A model generated the notes under the pieces. That model saw only the letters and a program-made list of their open reading frames with translations, was not told the DNA's origin and did no database searches. Shown one piece after another: positions 42,483 through 53,978 of a DNA stretch of 64,000 nt. Source of the stretch: a bacterium (GTDB lineage Bacteria > Patescibacteriota > CPR2 > UBA1875 > JAJYID01). Position 1 is the stretch's first letter; each line of letters starts with the position of its first letter. Where the stretch lies: NCBI GenBank assembly GCA_030647205.1, contig JAUSJO010000002.1:305771-369770 (forward strand), written 5' to 3'. The translations under genes and the position numbers were made by a program.

Positions 42483-42877
42483 ATCTGAACAGTTTTTTAG
42501 GTAAAGAATATCTTTTTGCGACAAATGAAAAGTTTAAGTATTGGTATGTTTATCTAGTGTTTTTTGGAGTCATGGTTTCTCTTGCATTTATCGTCAGCAT
42601 TTTCCTGAAACGTCATGATGATTATAAAGCTAAAAAATCTTTTGAGAAACAGTTCTTCTGGACGTATCTTCTTTTCGGATTTTTAGGTCTTACATCTCTG
42701 TTTGCCCGATCCCAAAATCTGCCTATCTTTGGCGCGAGGATTTTTACCTTTGTTGTCATAGGTCTTTTCGTCGCTTTAAATGTGTGGCTTTTGGTCTATT
42801 ACTTTAAGGTTACCAAGAAAGAACAACTCAAGTTCGCCCAGAAGAAACGCAAAGAAAAATGGCTGAAGAAGAAATAG
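42479..42877 (+). CDS. hypothetical membrane protein with basic C-terminus
   Basis: Three hydrophobic helices are present. The start overlaps the histidine kinase stop. Confidence 0.45.
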   Translation: MNLNSFLGKEYLFATNEKFKYWYVYLVFFGVMVSLAFIVSIFLKRHDDYKAKKSFEKQFFWTYLLFGFLGLTSLFARSQNLPIFGARIFTFVVIGLFVALNVWLLVYYFKVTKKEQLKFAQKKRKEKWLKKK

Positions 42878-42906
42878 TTGACTTATCTCTAATTTTGAAC
42901 TAATAT
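42878..42906 (+). promoter_or_regulatory. candidate rRNA promoter TTGACT-N17-TAATAT
   Basis: A consensus-like -35 element with correct spacing lies ~220 nt upstream of the 16S 5' end. Confidence 0.45.
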
Positions 42907-43126
42907 ATCTATTAGTATTTCAGTACAAAAAAAGGAGGGGTAACAAATCTGGAAATTCCAATGCTTGGGATAGACAGAGCAGTATTATTTTGTGCGTTAA
43001 AAATACTAACAGATGAATGGGACCTTGAAAATCGAAAAGTAGAGAAAATTTAAATCACGTCAATGTAAATCTTGAGTAATTTATTACTCATAAACTTTTA
43101 GGAAATTTTTTAAAATTTCCATTTTT

Positions 43127-44579
<1,453 letters not shown>

Positions 44580-44806
44580 AGGGAGATATCCCATTCAATT
44601 GGGACTACTTCCAGGTTGAGTCCCGCACATATTTTGCATTATGTTTAAGCAGTTAAAGATAGTGTGGAATATGTGCGGGGTTAGTGATATAAGTTTTTCT
44701 CTACTTTCCGGGCTTCAAGGTCATAACAAAAAGATTGATTTTCAAGGTAAAAACGGTTAAAATATTGAAGTTAAAACCGTTTTTATTTGTTTTAATGTAT
44801 TGATTG

Positions 44807-44883
<77 letters not shown>

Positions 44884-44899
44884 AAGAAAGGAGGTAGGA

Positions 44900-45118
44900 A
44901 TGAGTTTCATCCTAAGGCTTTTTATTAGTCTTGTTGCCGGAGGAATAGGCTTGGTTTTGTTAGTAAAAACCAGAAGAGTTGTCCATCAAGTTGGGTATAT
45001 AAACTGGGCAGAACAGCATCTTGGAGGAGGCGGCACTTATATACTAATAAAGTTTCTTGGCTTACTGGTTATGGTGATAGCAGTTTTTTTCTTGCTAGGT
45101 GTCATAAAAATTTTCTAG
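44900..45118 (+). CDS. small two-TM membrane protein (72 aa) encoded between tRNA-Ile and tRNA-Ala
   Basis: A strong SD (AAAGGAGGT) lies 5 nt ahead of the ATG. Two hydrophobic helices are present. Confidence 0.4.
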   Translation: MSFILRLFISLVAGGIGLVLLVKTRRVVHQVGYINWAEQHLGGGGTYILIKFLGLLVMVIAVFFLLGVIKIF

Positions 45119-45180
45119 TTTTTCGACTGTCATAGTTTATTGTTAGCAATTCGTATTGTATATTAAGTTTAATATGTCAT

Positions 45181-45256
45181 GGGCCCTTAGCTCAGTTGGT
45201 AGAGCGCCTCGCTTGCACCGAGGAGGTCAGGAGTTCGAACCCCCTAGGGTCCACCA
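45181..45256 (+). tRNA. tRNA-Ala (anticodon TGC)
   Basis: Acceptor GGGCCCT with the G3:U70 Ala identity pair, anticodon loop CTTGCAC, encoded CCA. There is one A·C mismatch in the T-stem as I read it. Confidence 0.85.
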
Positions 45257-45374
45257 AGAAAAATCTCATCATTTTTGATGGGTTTTTTCTTTTCCCAAAA
45301 CTAAATAGTGTCTAATGTCTTTAAAAGTCAATTTTTATATATATCCAGAATAAGATTGGACGCCCTGAGATTAA

Positions 45375-47852
45375 ATGAGATATAATCTAATAATGTTATC
45401 AGGATTAACCCAAAAAGAAGCTAGCAGTCGTCTAAAGGCAAATGGTTATAATGAACTTCCTTCTGCTAAACCAAGGAAACTGACAGATTTTTTAGTAGAA
45501 ATTATAAAAGAACCAATGATCTCCCTCCTTTTGGTGGCATGTGTTTTATATTTATTTTTAGGAGATAAAGTTGAAGCAGCTCTACTGCTCCTTTCGATCG
45601 CTGGCGTAGTCAGCATCTCTCTTTATCAAGAGAAAAAGTCAGAAAAATCTTTGCAGGCTTTAGCTAGTCTTTCAAGCCCTAGGGCCATAGTTATAAGAGA
45701 TGGTGAAGAAATAAGAATACCCGGAAGAGAGGTGGTAGTTGGAGATTTAGTAATTTTAGCTGAAGGAGACAGGGTGCCGGCAGATGTCGAGCTAAAAGAG
45801 GCGGTTAACTTAAGCGTTGATGAATCGTTATTAACAGGGGAGTCGCAGTCCGTAAGTAAAAATATAAATCAAGATTCTAAAGTATTTTCAGGAACAATGG
45901 TTATTAGCGGACATGGTTTTGGTGAAGTTAAGGGGATCGGGCTTGATACCGAGCTTGGTAAAATTGGCAAATCTTTACGCTCAATTGAAATTGAAAAAAC
46001 ATTACTCCAAAAAGAAATAAAAACTTTTGTTAAGTGGATAGCTATTATCGGAATTTCTTTGTGTGTTATCTTAGCTATAATTTCTATACTGACTGGAATG
46101 AGCTTTATTGAAGGAACGTTAGCGGGCCTAACCCTGGCAATAGGTATTCTTCCGGAAGAATTTCCGATTGTTTTAATCTTGTTTATGACTATGGGAGCTT
46201 GGAGACTAGCAAAGCATAATGTACTTACCAGAAGAGCGGCGGCAATTGAAACATTGGGGGCGGCGACTGTCCTTTGTGTTGATAAGACAGGGACGATTAC
46301 TAAAAATCAGATGTCGATTGAAAAAATATTTACAAATGGTGGAATAGATCTAAACGATTTTGCTACTGATGAAGGTGTGATTAAATACGGTATTTTAGCA
46401 AGCCAACGAAAACCTTTCGATCCGATGGAGTCAGCCTTCATACATGAGGGCAAAAAGTTATTTGACACAGATGTTTTATTTGATGAGTTTAGTTTGGTCA
46501 AAGAATATCCGATAGAGAATAGTTTTCTTTGTGTTGCCCATGCTTACCAAGGAATAGATAAGGGGTTTGAGGTTGCTCTCAAAGGTGCCCCCGAGTCAGT
46601 GCTTGAGCTGTGCCATGTTACGGAAAAAGAAAAAAGAATGGTTGAAAATGAAGTTAAGAAATTTGCGAAAGAGGGCTTAAGAGTAATTGCGGTGGCAAGC
46701 GGTCACCATCATGGTAAATATCTGCCAGAAAATAGGCATGATATTCAGTTCAATTTCCTAGGTTTAGTTGGGTTAAAGGACCCTGTTCGGAAAGGGGTTA
46801 AGGACTCTGTTCGATCTGCTTATGATGCCGGTATTAGGATAATTATGATTACCGGTGACTATAAAGAAACGGCCTTAGATATTGCAAGGCAAATAGGGTT
46901 AGTAACCGAAGGAGTTGTTATTGGTGATGAGTTTGAGGCGATGAATGGAAAGGAACGAGAAGCTACTCTAAAGAAAGTCAATGTATTTAGCCGAGTAAGG
47001 CCAAACCAAAAACTCTTAATAATAAAAGAACTAAAGAGTATGGGCGAGGTAGTGGCAATGACGGGGGATGGAGTTAACGATGCCCCAGCCCTAAAAGCTG
47101 CTAATATCGGTGTGGCCATGGGAAGAAGGGGAACTGATGTAGCTAGAGAGGCGGCTGCTATTGTGCTTTTAGATGATAACTTTAACTCTATTGTTGGCGG
47201 AGTGAAAATGGGCCGAAGAATTTATGACAATCTTCAGAAGGCAATAAATTATTTGATATCGGTACATATACCCATAGTGATACTCTCAATTTTGCCCGTA
47301 ATCTTTGGCGTGCCATTCATTTTAATGCCTGTGCATATTGTATTTTTAGAGTTTATCATTGATCCCACTTGTACAATTGTATTTGAGGCTGATAAGGAGG
47401 ATAGAGATATTATGAATCGCCCACCAAGAAAACTAGACCAAAGAATAATTGCTTTTAAGAACCTATACGCCTCAATTATTAACGGTAGCATAATTGGGAT
47501 CATTCTTTTTATTAGTTACATGATTACTTTCCAAAAATTTGGTGAAACTATAGCGAGAACCTTTACTTTTATTATGCTTGTATTCCTAATACTTGCCCTG
47601 ATGATAGTTAATCTTTCGAGAAAAGAGAATTTTATTTCAAAGCTAAAAAGAAATGATAACTTCGCATTGATTGGGGTTGTGTCTTTTACTTTGGTTGTTA
47701 TGTATTTTGCTACGCATATAGAAAACATAATGAACGTCTTTCGTTTCGGGAGTTTGGTAACATTCCAATGGGTTCAGATTATCGGTGTCGCCATCGGATT
47801 TCTCTTGTTAAATGAAATTACCAAGTCTCTTAATGGGTCCTGTAAAAACTAA
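45375..47852 (+). CDS. P-type cation-transporting ATPase (type II, Ca2+/Mg2+-like)
   Basis: Contains DKTGTITKN, MITGDYKETA and GDGVNDAPALKAANIGVAMG, plus TM helices. The true start may be the Met at 45393. Confidence 0.85.
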   Translation: MRYNLIMLSGLTQKEASSRLKANGYNELPSAKPRKLTDFLVEIIKEPMISLLLVACVLYLFLGDKVEAALLLLSIAGVVSISLYQEKKSEKSLQALASLSSPRAIVIRDGEEIRIPGREVVVGDLVILAEGDRVPADVELKEAVNLSVDESLLTGESQSVSKNINQDSKVFSGTMVISGHGFGEVKGIGLDTELGKIGKSLRSIEIEKTLLQKEIKTFVKWIAIIGISLCVILAIISILTGMSFIEGTLAGLTLAIGILPEEFPIVLILFMTMGAWRLAKHNVLTRRAAAIETLGAATVLCVDKTGTITKNQMSIEKIFTNGGIDLNDFATDEGVIKYGILASQRKPFDPMESAFIHEGKKLFDTDVLFDEFSLVKEYPIENSFLCVAHAYQGIDKGFEVALKGAPESVLELCHVTEKEKRMVENEVKKFAKEGLRVIAVASGHHHGKYLPENRHDIQFNFLGLVGLKDPVRKGVKDSVRSAYDAGIRIIMITGDYKETALDIARQIGLVTEGVVIGDEFEAMNGKEREATLKKVNVFSRVRPNQKLLIIKELKSMGEVVAMTGDGVNDAPALKAANIGVAMGRRGTDVAREAAAIVLLDDNFNSIVGGVKMGRRIYDNLQKAINYLISVHIPIVILSILPVIFGVPFILMPVHIVFLEFIIDPTCTIVFEADKEDRDIMNRPPRKLDQRIIAFKNLYASIINGSIIGIILFISYMITFQKFGETIARTFTFIMLVFLILALMIVNLSRKENFISKLKRNDNFALIGVVSFTLVVMYFATHIENIMNVFRFGSLVTFQWVQIIGVAIGFLLLNEITKSLNGSCKN

Positions 47853-48039
47853 ACTGCATATTTCTTTTCGTAATAGAAACTCTTGGCATCATCAATTAGT
47901 TTAATCGTTCTCTACATCTCAAATCTGATTTTCTCATCTGTTTCTAAGCGCAAAAAGAAAAAGTTGCCGTAGAAAAGATAATCTCCCAGGTTCCATCAAG
48001 CACAAGTTATTAGAAGGCTTTTAAGGAGGTATTTTTTTG

Positions 48040-48087
48040 ATGTTAAGAAATGGTTGCCTTGAAAATAAAACTAAAATTATGGTATAA
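48040..48087 (+). CDS. candidate 15-aa peptide ORF (MLRNGCLENKTKIMV)
   Basis: A strong SD (AAGGAGGT, 48023-48030) lies 9 nt ahead of the ATG. The stop is 7 nt before the radical-SAM start. The sequence overlaps the TGGTATAAT motif at 48079-48087. Confidence 0.25.
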   Translation: MLRNGCLENKTKIMV

Positions 48088-48094
48088 TATAGTT

Positions 48095-48937
48095 ATGAAG
48101 ATAAAAGAAGTTAGGCATTTATTAACATATGGCTGTAATTTGCGTTGTCAGCACTGTTATTTGTCAGCAGGAGAAGTTGGAGATAATAAACCAGCCGACT
48201 TAAGTCAAGAAGAGGTAGATCGTTTTTATCACTACTTTAAACCGGATGTTGTTTCGGCTACCGGGGGAGAGCCTCTCTTGCGTATAGAAATGGTTTACAA
48301 ACTAGCAAAAAGTCTTGCTGCCTACGGTGGCGCTCTTGAGATAGTCACGAATGGTTTTATGCTCACTAAAGGTATAGCTGATGAACTGAAAAAATTAAAT
48401 AAGAAGACATTCTTTCAGATCTCGCTTGATGGGACTAAAGATTATCATAACAAGATAAGGAAAAGCCCTCTTGCTTATGACAATGCGATGGATGCCATAA
48501 AGCTTGTTGCCGGAAAAGGCTTTGTGACCAAAGTGCGGCTTACTGCAACTAATGAGAATGTAAAACAAATTCCTAAGGTAATAGAAGCCTTGTCTAGTTT
48601 AGGAAATGAAAATATTAGGCTTGTTATTCGTCCGGTAGTGGCAAAGGGTAGAGCAAAAGCTAACGACCTAAAACTTGATATAGATTACAAGGAACTCGAA
48701 AGTTTAAAGGAACTCTCAGAAGTCATTATTGTTGAGACGACTGATAATGAAGGTAAGTGCGGTTGCGGTACAGATACTATCGCAATTGATCCATTTGGAG
48801 GTATATATCCCTGTACGTACTTTGTTTTTGATGAGAACTACAAAATGGGAAACATTTGGGATTTACCCTCAAAACTTACGGAAAATGAAGAGTTTGCCGG
48901 ATTCAAAGGAGCCTGTTATGCCAGGCAAGCAGTCTAA
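48095..48937 (+). CDS. radical SAM protein with C-terminal Cys-rich SPASM/twitch-like domain
   Basis: Contains CNLRCQHC (CxxxCxxC). The C-terminus reads GKCGCGTDTIAIDPFGGIYPCTYF…GACYAR, with four additional Cys. Confidence 0.75.
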   Translation: MKIKEVRHLLTYGCNLRCQHCYLSAGEVGDNKPADLSQEEVDRFYHYFKPDVVSATGGEPLLRIEMVYKLAKSLAAYGGALEIVTNGFMLTKGIADELKKLNKKTFFQISLDGTKDYHNKIRKSPLAYDNAMDAIKLVAGKGFVTKVRLTATNENVKQIPKVIEALSSLGNENIRLVIRPVVAKGRAKANDLKLDIDYKELESLKELSEVIIVETTDNEGKCGCGTDTIAIDPFGGIYPCTYFVFDENYKMGNIWDLPSKLTENEEFAGFKGACYARQAV

Positions 48938-50924
48938 AGTAAAATATAAGATAGAGTTGGAGTATAAAAACATCTCTGACTATAGCCCTTTTTGGAGAGT
49001 AAATGGCTTGTCTCCTGAGTATAGGAGGAAGTCTTTCGAGCTACCTTTCATTTGTTTTGAAGGAAAGTTAGTTCCGGTCCATCCCGATATGTTTTGTGAC
49101 CTTGGTCTGGGCAAAAACCTTATTGTTAAGAGAACCAAAGTCTACCCAACATCTTCATTTAGAACTGTTTTTAATGCAGAAGAAAATCTTTGTTGGAAGC
49201 TGCCCGTAAGAAGAAAGATTACACGAGGAGTACGTGATCTAAAAACAAAACAACTTCAAAGAGCAGAAAGAGTACAAACTTTATTAAAAAAATTTGATTG
49301 TCCCCACTTCTCTTTCTTGGAAGAAGAGTGTTTTTTTGCCTCAGATGAAAACTTTAACTATATAGAGAGAAAAATGCCGGCGGTAAGTGCTTATCCGTTG
49401 TTCTATGTGATTAAGGATGAAAACTTCTCAAAAAAGTTTATATTAAAAGTAATAGAAAATATCATGTATACTTGGATGTTTTGGGCAGAAAAGGGACTAT
49501 ATCTCGAATATCACACCCAAAATATCTTAGTTGATAAACATGCAAATATTATTTATAGGGATTTATCTGACGTAAGGTCCTATAAAGAAGAAATCCTAAA
49601 GCCGAGTTATATAAATGGCTTAAAGGACGAGAAGGAGTTACGCAGCCTTATGTTTGACAGATCGGTCTGCAGCCAAAATCTTGATCATTTTTTGCGTTAT
49701 AAATCCTTTACTCAAGAAGAGATTAGTTTGCTAAAAAGCATGATTCAGAAGTACTCCAACCAGTTTAAGATCGAGTTTCCTGAATATTCCTTGGATTTTA
49801 ATACAGAAGAAGATGGTAGGGTCCCTTATAAAAAAGAAATCAATCATTGGAGAGGTGATAAGAATATAAGAGCTATTAGTACATCTGAAAAAAGATTGGC
49901 CGAACTAAGGAAAGTATTTGATGGTGTAAGCGGAAACTTTACTGTGAGAGGGTCTTACGCCAGAGGAGATGACTTTTATAATGACATTGATATTGCTCTT
50001 TATTCTAATTCTTTAGATGTGTCAAAGCTACCAAGCGATTTTCGAGGGGTCAAAGTTAACTATTGGCAAATACCAGCTAAAGATATAGAGCGTTATTATG
50101 AGGTTTGTGTCAGGCCATCAATCTCATTGATTGAAGGAAAGGTGATCAAGACTACTGATCCCGAGGTAGAGGAAATTCTGGAAAGGCAGCAAAATAAATT
50201 TTATGAAGAAAGGGCAGACATATTTTTGCTTTACTTAGTTCTTGATGAAGAATCAAATAATAAGATATATGGGAGAATTCATGAGAAAGACTACTCAACA
50301 TGGAAGCGGAAAAGAGGTAGTAAAAGAACTATTTTAAGGGCAGTGTGGGCAGTAAAAACTATGTATCCTGAGATAAAAGATAGAAATGTTAATGAGGTTT
50401 TATCTTTTATGGTTCAAAAAAATATAATTTCAAAAACATTATCTGGAAAATGTCAGGAAGTCCTTGAAATGATTTTTGAGGAAGAGTTTGACGAGAAACG
50501 ATTGGAATCTCTTATAGATCAGATAGGCAGCTGGTATGAAGCGACTCTTAAGCCGCTTCTGATTAAAAAAATCTATGAAAGCCTAGATCGTGAACTGGTA
50601 GAAAATTCTCTGCTTTCTATCGATAACCAAACCTCAAAAAAAGATCTAGGAAGGATTTATGAGTTTGCTATTGGTCGTGAAAAGTCTATCGATAAATGGC
50701 TTCTTTTCTTTGGCCTTTCAAGGAACACTAACTTGGGGGAGAAGCTCCTTTTTGAAATTTATAATATGACCAAAGATGATTTCGTCTTCAACAATGTGAC
50801 TCGAAACCTCATTTTAAACGTAGCTTTTCCAAAGGAGATAATAGTAAATGATCAGATCATTTTACGTAATGATTTGACCAAAATCGCTTACAAAAAAAGA
50901 AAACTATTAGAAGCGTCTTCTTAA
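48918..50924 (+). CDS. multidomain protein: N-terminal protein-kinase-like/APH-like domain, central Pol-beta-type nucleotidyltransferase, C-terminal helical domain
   Basis: The SD (AAAGGAG) and ATG overlap the radical-SAM end by 20 nt. A kinase catalytic-loop-like segment YHTQNILVD…IIYRDLSDV is present, followed by the MNT motif GSYARGDDFYNDIDIALY. Confidence 0.5.
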   Translation: MPGKQSKVKYKIELEYKNISDYSPFWRVNGLSPEYRRKSFELPFICFEGKLVPVHPDMFCDLGLGKNLIVKRTKVYPTSSFRTVFNAEENLCWKLPVRRKITRGVRDLKTKQLQRAERVQTLLKKFDCPHFSFLEEECFFASDENFNYIERKMPAVSAYPLFYVIKDENFSKKFILKVIENIMYTWMFWAEKGLYLEYHTQNILVDKHANIIYRDLSDVRSYKEEILKPSYINGLKDEKELRSLMFDRSVCSQNLDHFLRYKSFTQEEISLLKSMIQKYSNQFKIEFPEYSLDFNTEEDGRVPYKKEINHWRGDKNIRAISTSEKRLAELRKVFDGVSGNFTVRGSYARGDDFYNDIDIALYSNSLDVSKLPSDFRGVKVNYWQIPAKDIERYYEVCVRPSISLIEGKVIKTTDPEVEEILERQQNKFYEERADIFLLYLVLDEESNNKIYGRIHEKDYSTWKRKRGSKRTILRAVWAVKTMYPEIKDRNVNEVLSFMVQKNIISKTLSGKCQEVLEMIFEEEFDEKRLESLIDQIGSWYEATLKPLLIKKIYESLDRELVENSLLSIDNQTSKKDLGRIYEFAIGREKSIDKWLLFFGLSRNTNLGEKLLFEIYNMTKDDFVFNNVTRNLILNVAFPKEIIVNDQIILRNDLTKIAYKKRKLLEASS

Positions 50925-51008
50925 GGGGGGGGTATTAGTAAGGTTTAAGACTTTACAGCATTCCTGAATTAGCGTATAATTAGCTAGTTACAAAGGCAAG
51001 GAAGATGG

Positions 51009-51042
51009 CTCGCGTGACCTTAGATATAGCGAGTTTTTTTAT
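51009..51042 (+). terminator. hairpin plus T7 run (GGCTCGCG…TAGCGAGTTTTTTTA) between the 668-aa gene and typA
   Basis: A 5-6 bp GC stem is followed by TTTTTTT. It lies downstream of a TATAAT box at ~50975. Confidence 0.4.
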
Positions 51043-51053
51043 TTAGAAAAATT

Positions 51054-52865
51054 ATGAACTTACGAAACGTTGCAATTATAGCCCATGTTGATCATGGCAA
51101 GACCACCCTTGTGGATGGTCTTTTGAAGCAGTCGAAAACTTTCCGCGAAAACGAAGCGGCTTTTTCGCAAACCTTGATAATGGACTCCAACGATCAGGAG
51201 CGTGAACGCGGCATCACGATCCTTGCAAAAAACACGGCCGTAAAGTACGGCGACACTAAAATTAACATTATCGACACGCCTGGGCATGCCGACTTTGGCG
51301 GTGAAGTAGAGCGAACATTAAACATGGCTGATGGAGCAATACTCGTTATTGACGCTCATGAAGGCCCAATGCCGCAAACAAAGTTCGTTCTCAAAAAAGC
51401 TCTCGAAATCGGACTGAAACCCATAGTTATTATAAACAAAATTGACAAGCCAAATGCACGAATAGAAGATGTCATCAAAAAAACTCACGATCTTTTTCTA
51501 GATCTGGCGACAGATGTCGACCAACTCGACTTTCCTATTTATTATGCGATTGCCAGAGATGGTAAGGCATGGAGCGAAATACCGGCGAGCCACGGCGAGG
51601 TAGCCGACTTCACCGATGTTTTTGAGGCTATTTTAAACCACGTTCCTGCGCCGGAAGTTTTGCCGGACCAGCCATTTCAGATGCTAGTTACATCACTTGA
51701 AAGCGACAGTTTTCAGGGCAAACATGTCGTGGGAAAGATTACCCGCGGTTCTATAAAGCAGGGCCAGACAGTTACTTTGATAAAGAAAGACGGCAGCACA
51801 GAACAGGCTAGGATTGATAAGGTTTATATATCGGAAGGACTTAAGAAAGCGGAAGTCGCAGAGGCTCATGCCGGTGAAATAGTTTCTCTGACTGGTGCAA
51901 AAAATGCAAGCATCGGAGAAACACTGGCTGATAGCGATCATCCGGAAGCTTTGCCGACCATAGAAATAGAAGAGCCGACTTTGAAAATGTCCGTTTCTGC
52001 AAACACTTCTCCGTTTGCCGGAAAAGAAGGTCAGTTTGTAACTGGTAGGCAGATTTTAGAAAGAATTAAAAAAGAACTTGAAACTAATGTTTCGCTGAAG
52101 ATGGAAATGGGAAAAGCCGGCGACTACATATTATCCGGTCGCGGTGAACTTCACCTTTCTGTTTTGATTGAAAACCTACGTCGTGAAGGATATGAGCTTG
52201 AAGTTGGCAAACCGCAGGTAATTACCAAGGAAATTGACGGTGTGAAATGCGAGCCGATGGAAGAACTAACCATCGATGTTGATACCGAGCATGTTGGCGC
52301 GGTGACTGCAGAAGTGGGCAGGAGAAAAGGTAATATGCTAAGTCAGGAGGAAAACTCTGACGGCACAACAAGATTAGTTTTTGCAATATCTACCCGCGGT
52401 ATTCTCGGACTTCGAAACCAACTTCTGACATTATCTCGTGGAACTGCGATCATGAACTCTATTTTCACAGAGTTCAAGCCGGTTGGCGCTACTATTCCTA
52501 AACTTAGAAATGGCGCTCTTGTTGCACATGAGTCGGGAAAAGCAGTGGCATACGGGCTATATAATGCGCAGGGCAGAGGCATCGTATTTATCGGTCCGCA
52601 GACCCAAGTTTATGAAGGTATGATAGTCGGGCTTAACTCTCGAGAGGGCGACCTGGAAATAAATGTGACGAAGGAAAAGAAGCTTACAAATACCCGTGCA
52701 TCAGGATCTGATGACGCGCTGACCCTAACCCCACCGACAATATTTACGCTTGAACAAGCATTAGATTTTCTTGAAGACGATGAACTTCTGGAAGTAACTC
52801 CAAAAAATCTAAGGCTTCGAAAGAAACTTCTCAACAAAACAGCTCGAGCCAGAGCCAGCAGATAA
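51054..52865 (+). CDS. typA: translational GTPase TypA/BipA
   Basis: The N-terminus is [21 protein letters not shown], with G-domain motifs DTPGHADF and NKID and a characteristic C-terminal domain. Confidence 0.9.
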   Translation: MNLRNVAIIAHVDHGKTTLVDGLLKQSKTFRENEAAFSQTLIMDSNDQERERGITILAKNTAVKYGDTKINIIDTPGHADFGGEVERTLNMADGAILVIDAHEGPMPQTKFVLKKALEIGLKPIVIINKIDKPNARIEDVIKKTHDLFLDLATDVDQLDFPIYYAIARDGKAWSEIPASHGEVADFTDVFEAILNHVPAPEVLPDQPFQMLVTSLESDSFQGKHVVGKITRGSIKQGQTVTLIKKDGSTEQARIDKVYISEGLKKAEVAEAHAGEIVSLTGAKNASIGETLADSDHPEALPTIEIEEPTLKMSVSANTSPFAGKEGQFVTGRQILERIKKELETNVSLKMEMGKAGDYILSGRGELHLSVLIENLRREGYELEVGKPQVITKEIDGVKCEPMEELTIDVDTEHVGAVTAEVGRRKGNMLSQEENSDGTTRLVFAISTRGILGLRNQLLTLSRGTAIMNSIFTEFKPVGATIPKLRNGALVAHESGKAVAYGLYNAQGRGIVFIGPQTQVYEGMIVGLNSREGDLEINVTKEKKLTNTRASGSDDALTLTPPTIFTLEQALDFLEDDELLEVTPKNLRLRKKLLNKTARARASR

Positions 52866-52890
52866 TTTATTTTTGTTAAGGATCTTTTGG

Positions 52891-52919
52891 CTTGACGTAA
52901 ACTATTTATTATGTTAGAA
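52891..52919 (+). promoter_or_regulatory. promoter TTGACG-N17-TAGAAT (with TG)
   Basis: Correct spacing, positioned upstream of the ORF at 52967. Confidence 0.4.
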
Positions 52920-52966
52920 TCCATCCAAATAGTGGGGTAACTCATACTTTGTTCTTTGAAAAAATA

Positions 52967-53866
52967 ATGACCGAAAGGTTGTCGATAAGGGAGATGGATA
53001 ATATGACAGCAGAATCATGGGGAATATACAGTTTCCTAGTGGATAAAATGTCGTCAAAATCATGGGCAATACTCAGTCTTGTAATGTTTCTATTCGTGCT
53101 TGCTTGTTTTATATGGGAAACATATTTCTCAGAAGCAAAGAAGACGAAGCCTGCTCTTGATGACAAAAGATTATTTGAAATATTTAAAGAGCAGGATGAG
53201 CAGAGAGCAAGAGCTACCGAGAAAAGTAGGATAAGGAGTGAAGAGAGAAATAGAGTTTTTGAAAAAGAAAGTAGGAAAGAGAGGAGAAAGAAACTAATAT
53301 CGTCTTCAAAAAAACTTCTTGAGCAAGAAATACCAAAAAGCATGGATAAGACAAGAGGATGGATCTCAAATGCAGAGAGGTATTATGAAAGCCATACTTA
53401 TGATCCATTCTGGAATGCTCTTGAGCAGGGGGCTATATCTCTAGATAACCTAAAAAAATGGGTCAATCATTTGACGTACTATATGGGCCAGCTCAACTCT
53501 CTTGGAGGGTATAGTGAACTGTCCACTCAAGTTGAGCGTGAATTTCTGGAATTCCAGAATCTCTGTAATCGTCTGAATGATCTTATGGGAAAGGGTCATA
53601 GCAGTTCTCACTTTGCAAACATCTATCAACAACGTGTGACTCGTAACGTTCTAGTGGCAGGGTTTACTTCTCTGGATATTGCTATAAATACTCTGGGAAG
53701 AGAAATCCATAACAACTTTCATGTTGTTTTCTCTGCGCTAAGTGAAGTTAGTAATGATGTTTCCTCTGGATTAAGTGAGATCAAAGACAGAGAAACGAGA
53801 TCAACGCTTGCTCTAGAGAAAACGAAACATGCAGTTGACGATATGTCCAGAGATCTGGCATCCTAA
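52967..53866 (+). CDS. hypothetical membrane-anchored coiled-coil protein
   Basis: A TM helix (ILSLVMFLFVLACFIW) is followed by a charged, Lys/Arg/Glu-rich helical region. Confidence 0.4.
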   Translation: MTERLSIREMDNMTAESWGIYSFLVDKMSSKSWAILSLVMFLFVLACFIWETYFSEAKKTKPALDDKRLFEIFKEQDEQRARATEKSRIRSEERNRVFEKESRKERRKKLISSSKKLLEQEIPKSMDKTRGWISNAERYYESHTYDPFWNALEQGAISLDNLKKWVNHLTYYMGQLNSLGGYSELSTQVEREFLEFQNLCNRLNDLMGKGHSSSHFANIYQQRVTRNVLVAGFTSLDIAINTLGREIHNNFHVVFSALSEVSNDVSSGLSEIKDRETRSTLALEKTKHAVDDMSRDLAS

Positions 53867-53891
53867 GTCAGGCAACTCATTGGCTTATCTA

Positions 53892-53925
53892 AAAGGGCCC
53901 CTTCGGGGGCTCTTTTTCTTTTTAA
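53892..53925 (+). terminator. rho-independent terminator (AAGGGCCCCTTCGGGGGCTCTTTTTCTTTTT)
   Basis: A GC stem with a TTCG loop is followed by a T-run. Confidence 0.7.
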
Positions 53926-53978
53926 GAAAATTAGTTAATTATTTTTTCAATATCAAGTCTCTTCTTTCCTGATACAAT

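Noticed and set aside
48050-48094. Alternative longer start (ATG 48050) for the radical SAM gene, as in the ORF track
   Set aside because: This N-terminal extension (MVALKIKLKLWYNIV) has no RBS at a sensible distance. The strong AAGGAGGT is positioned for the 15-aa ORF, so the Met at 48095 (MKIKEVRHLLTYGCN…) is the more plausible start.
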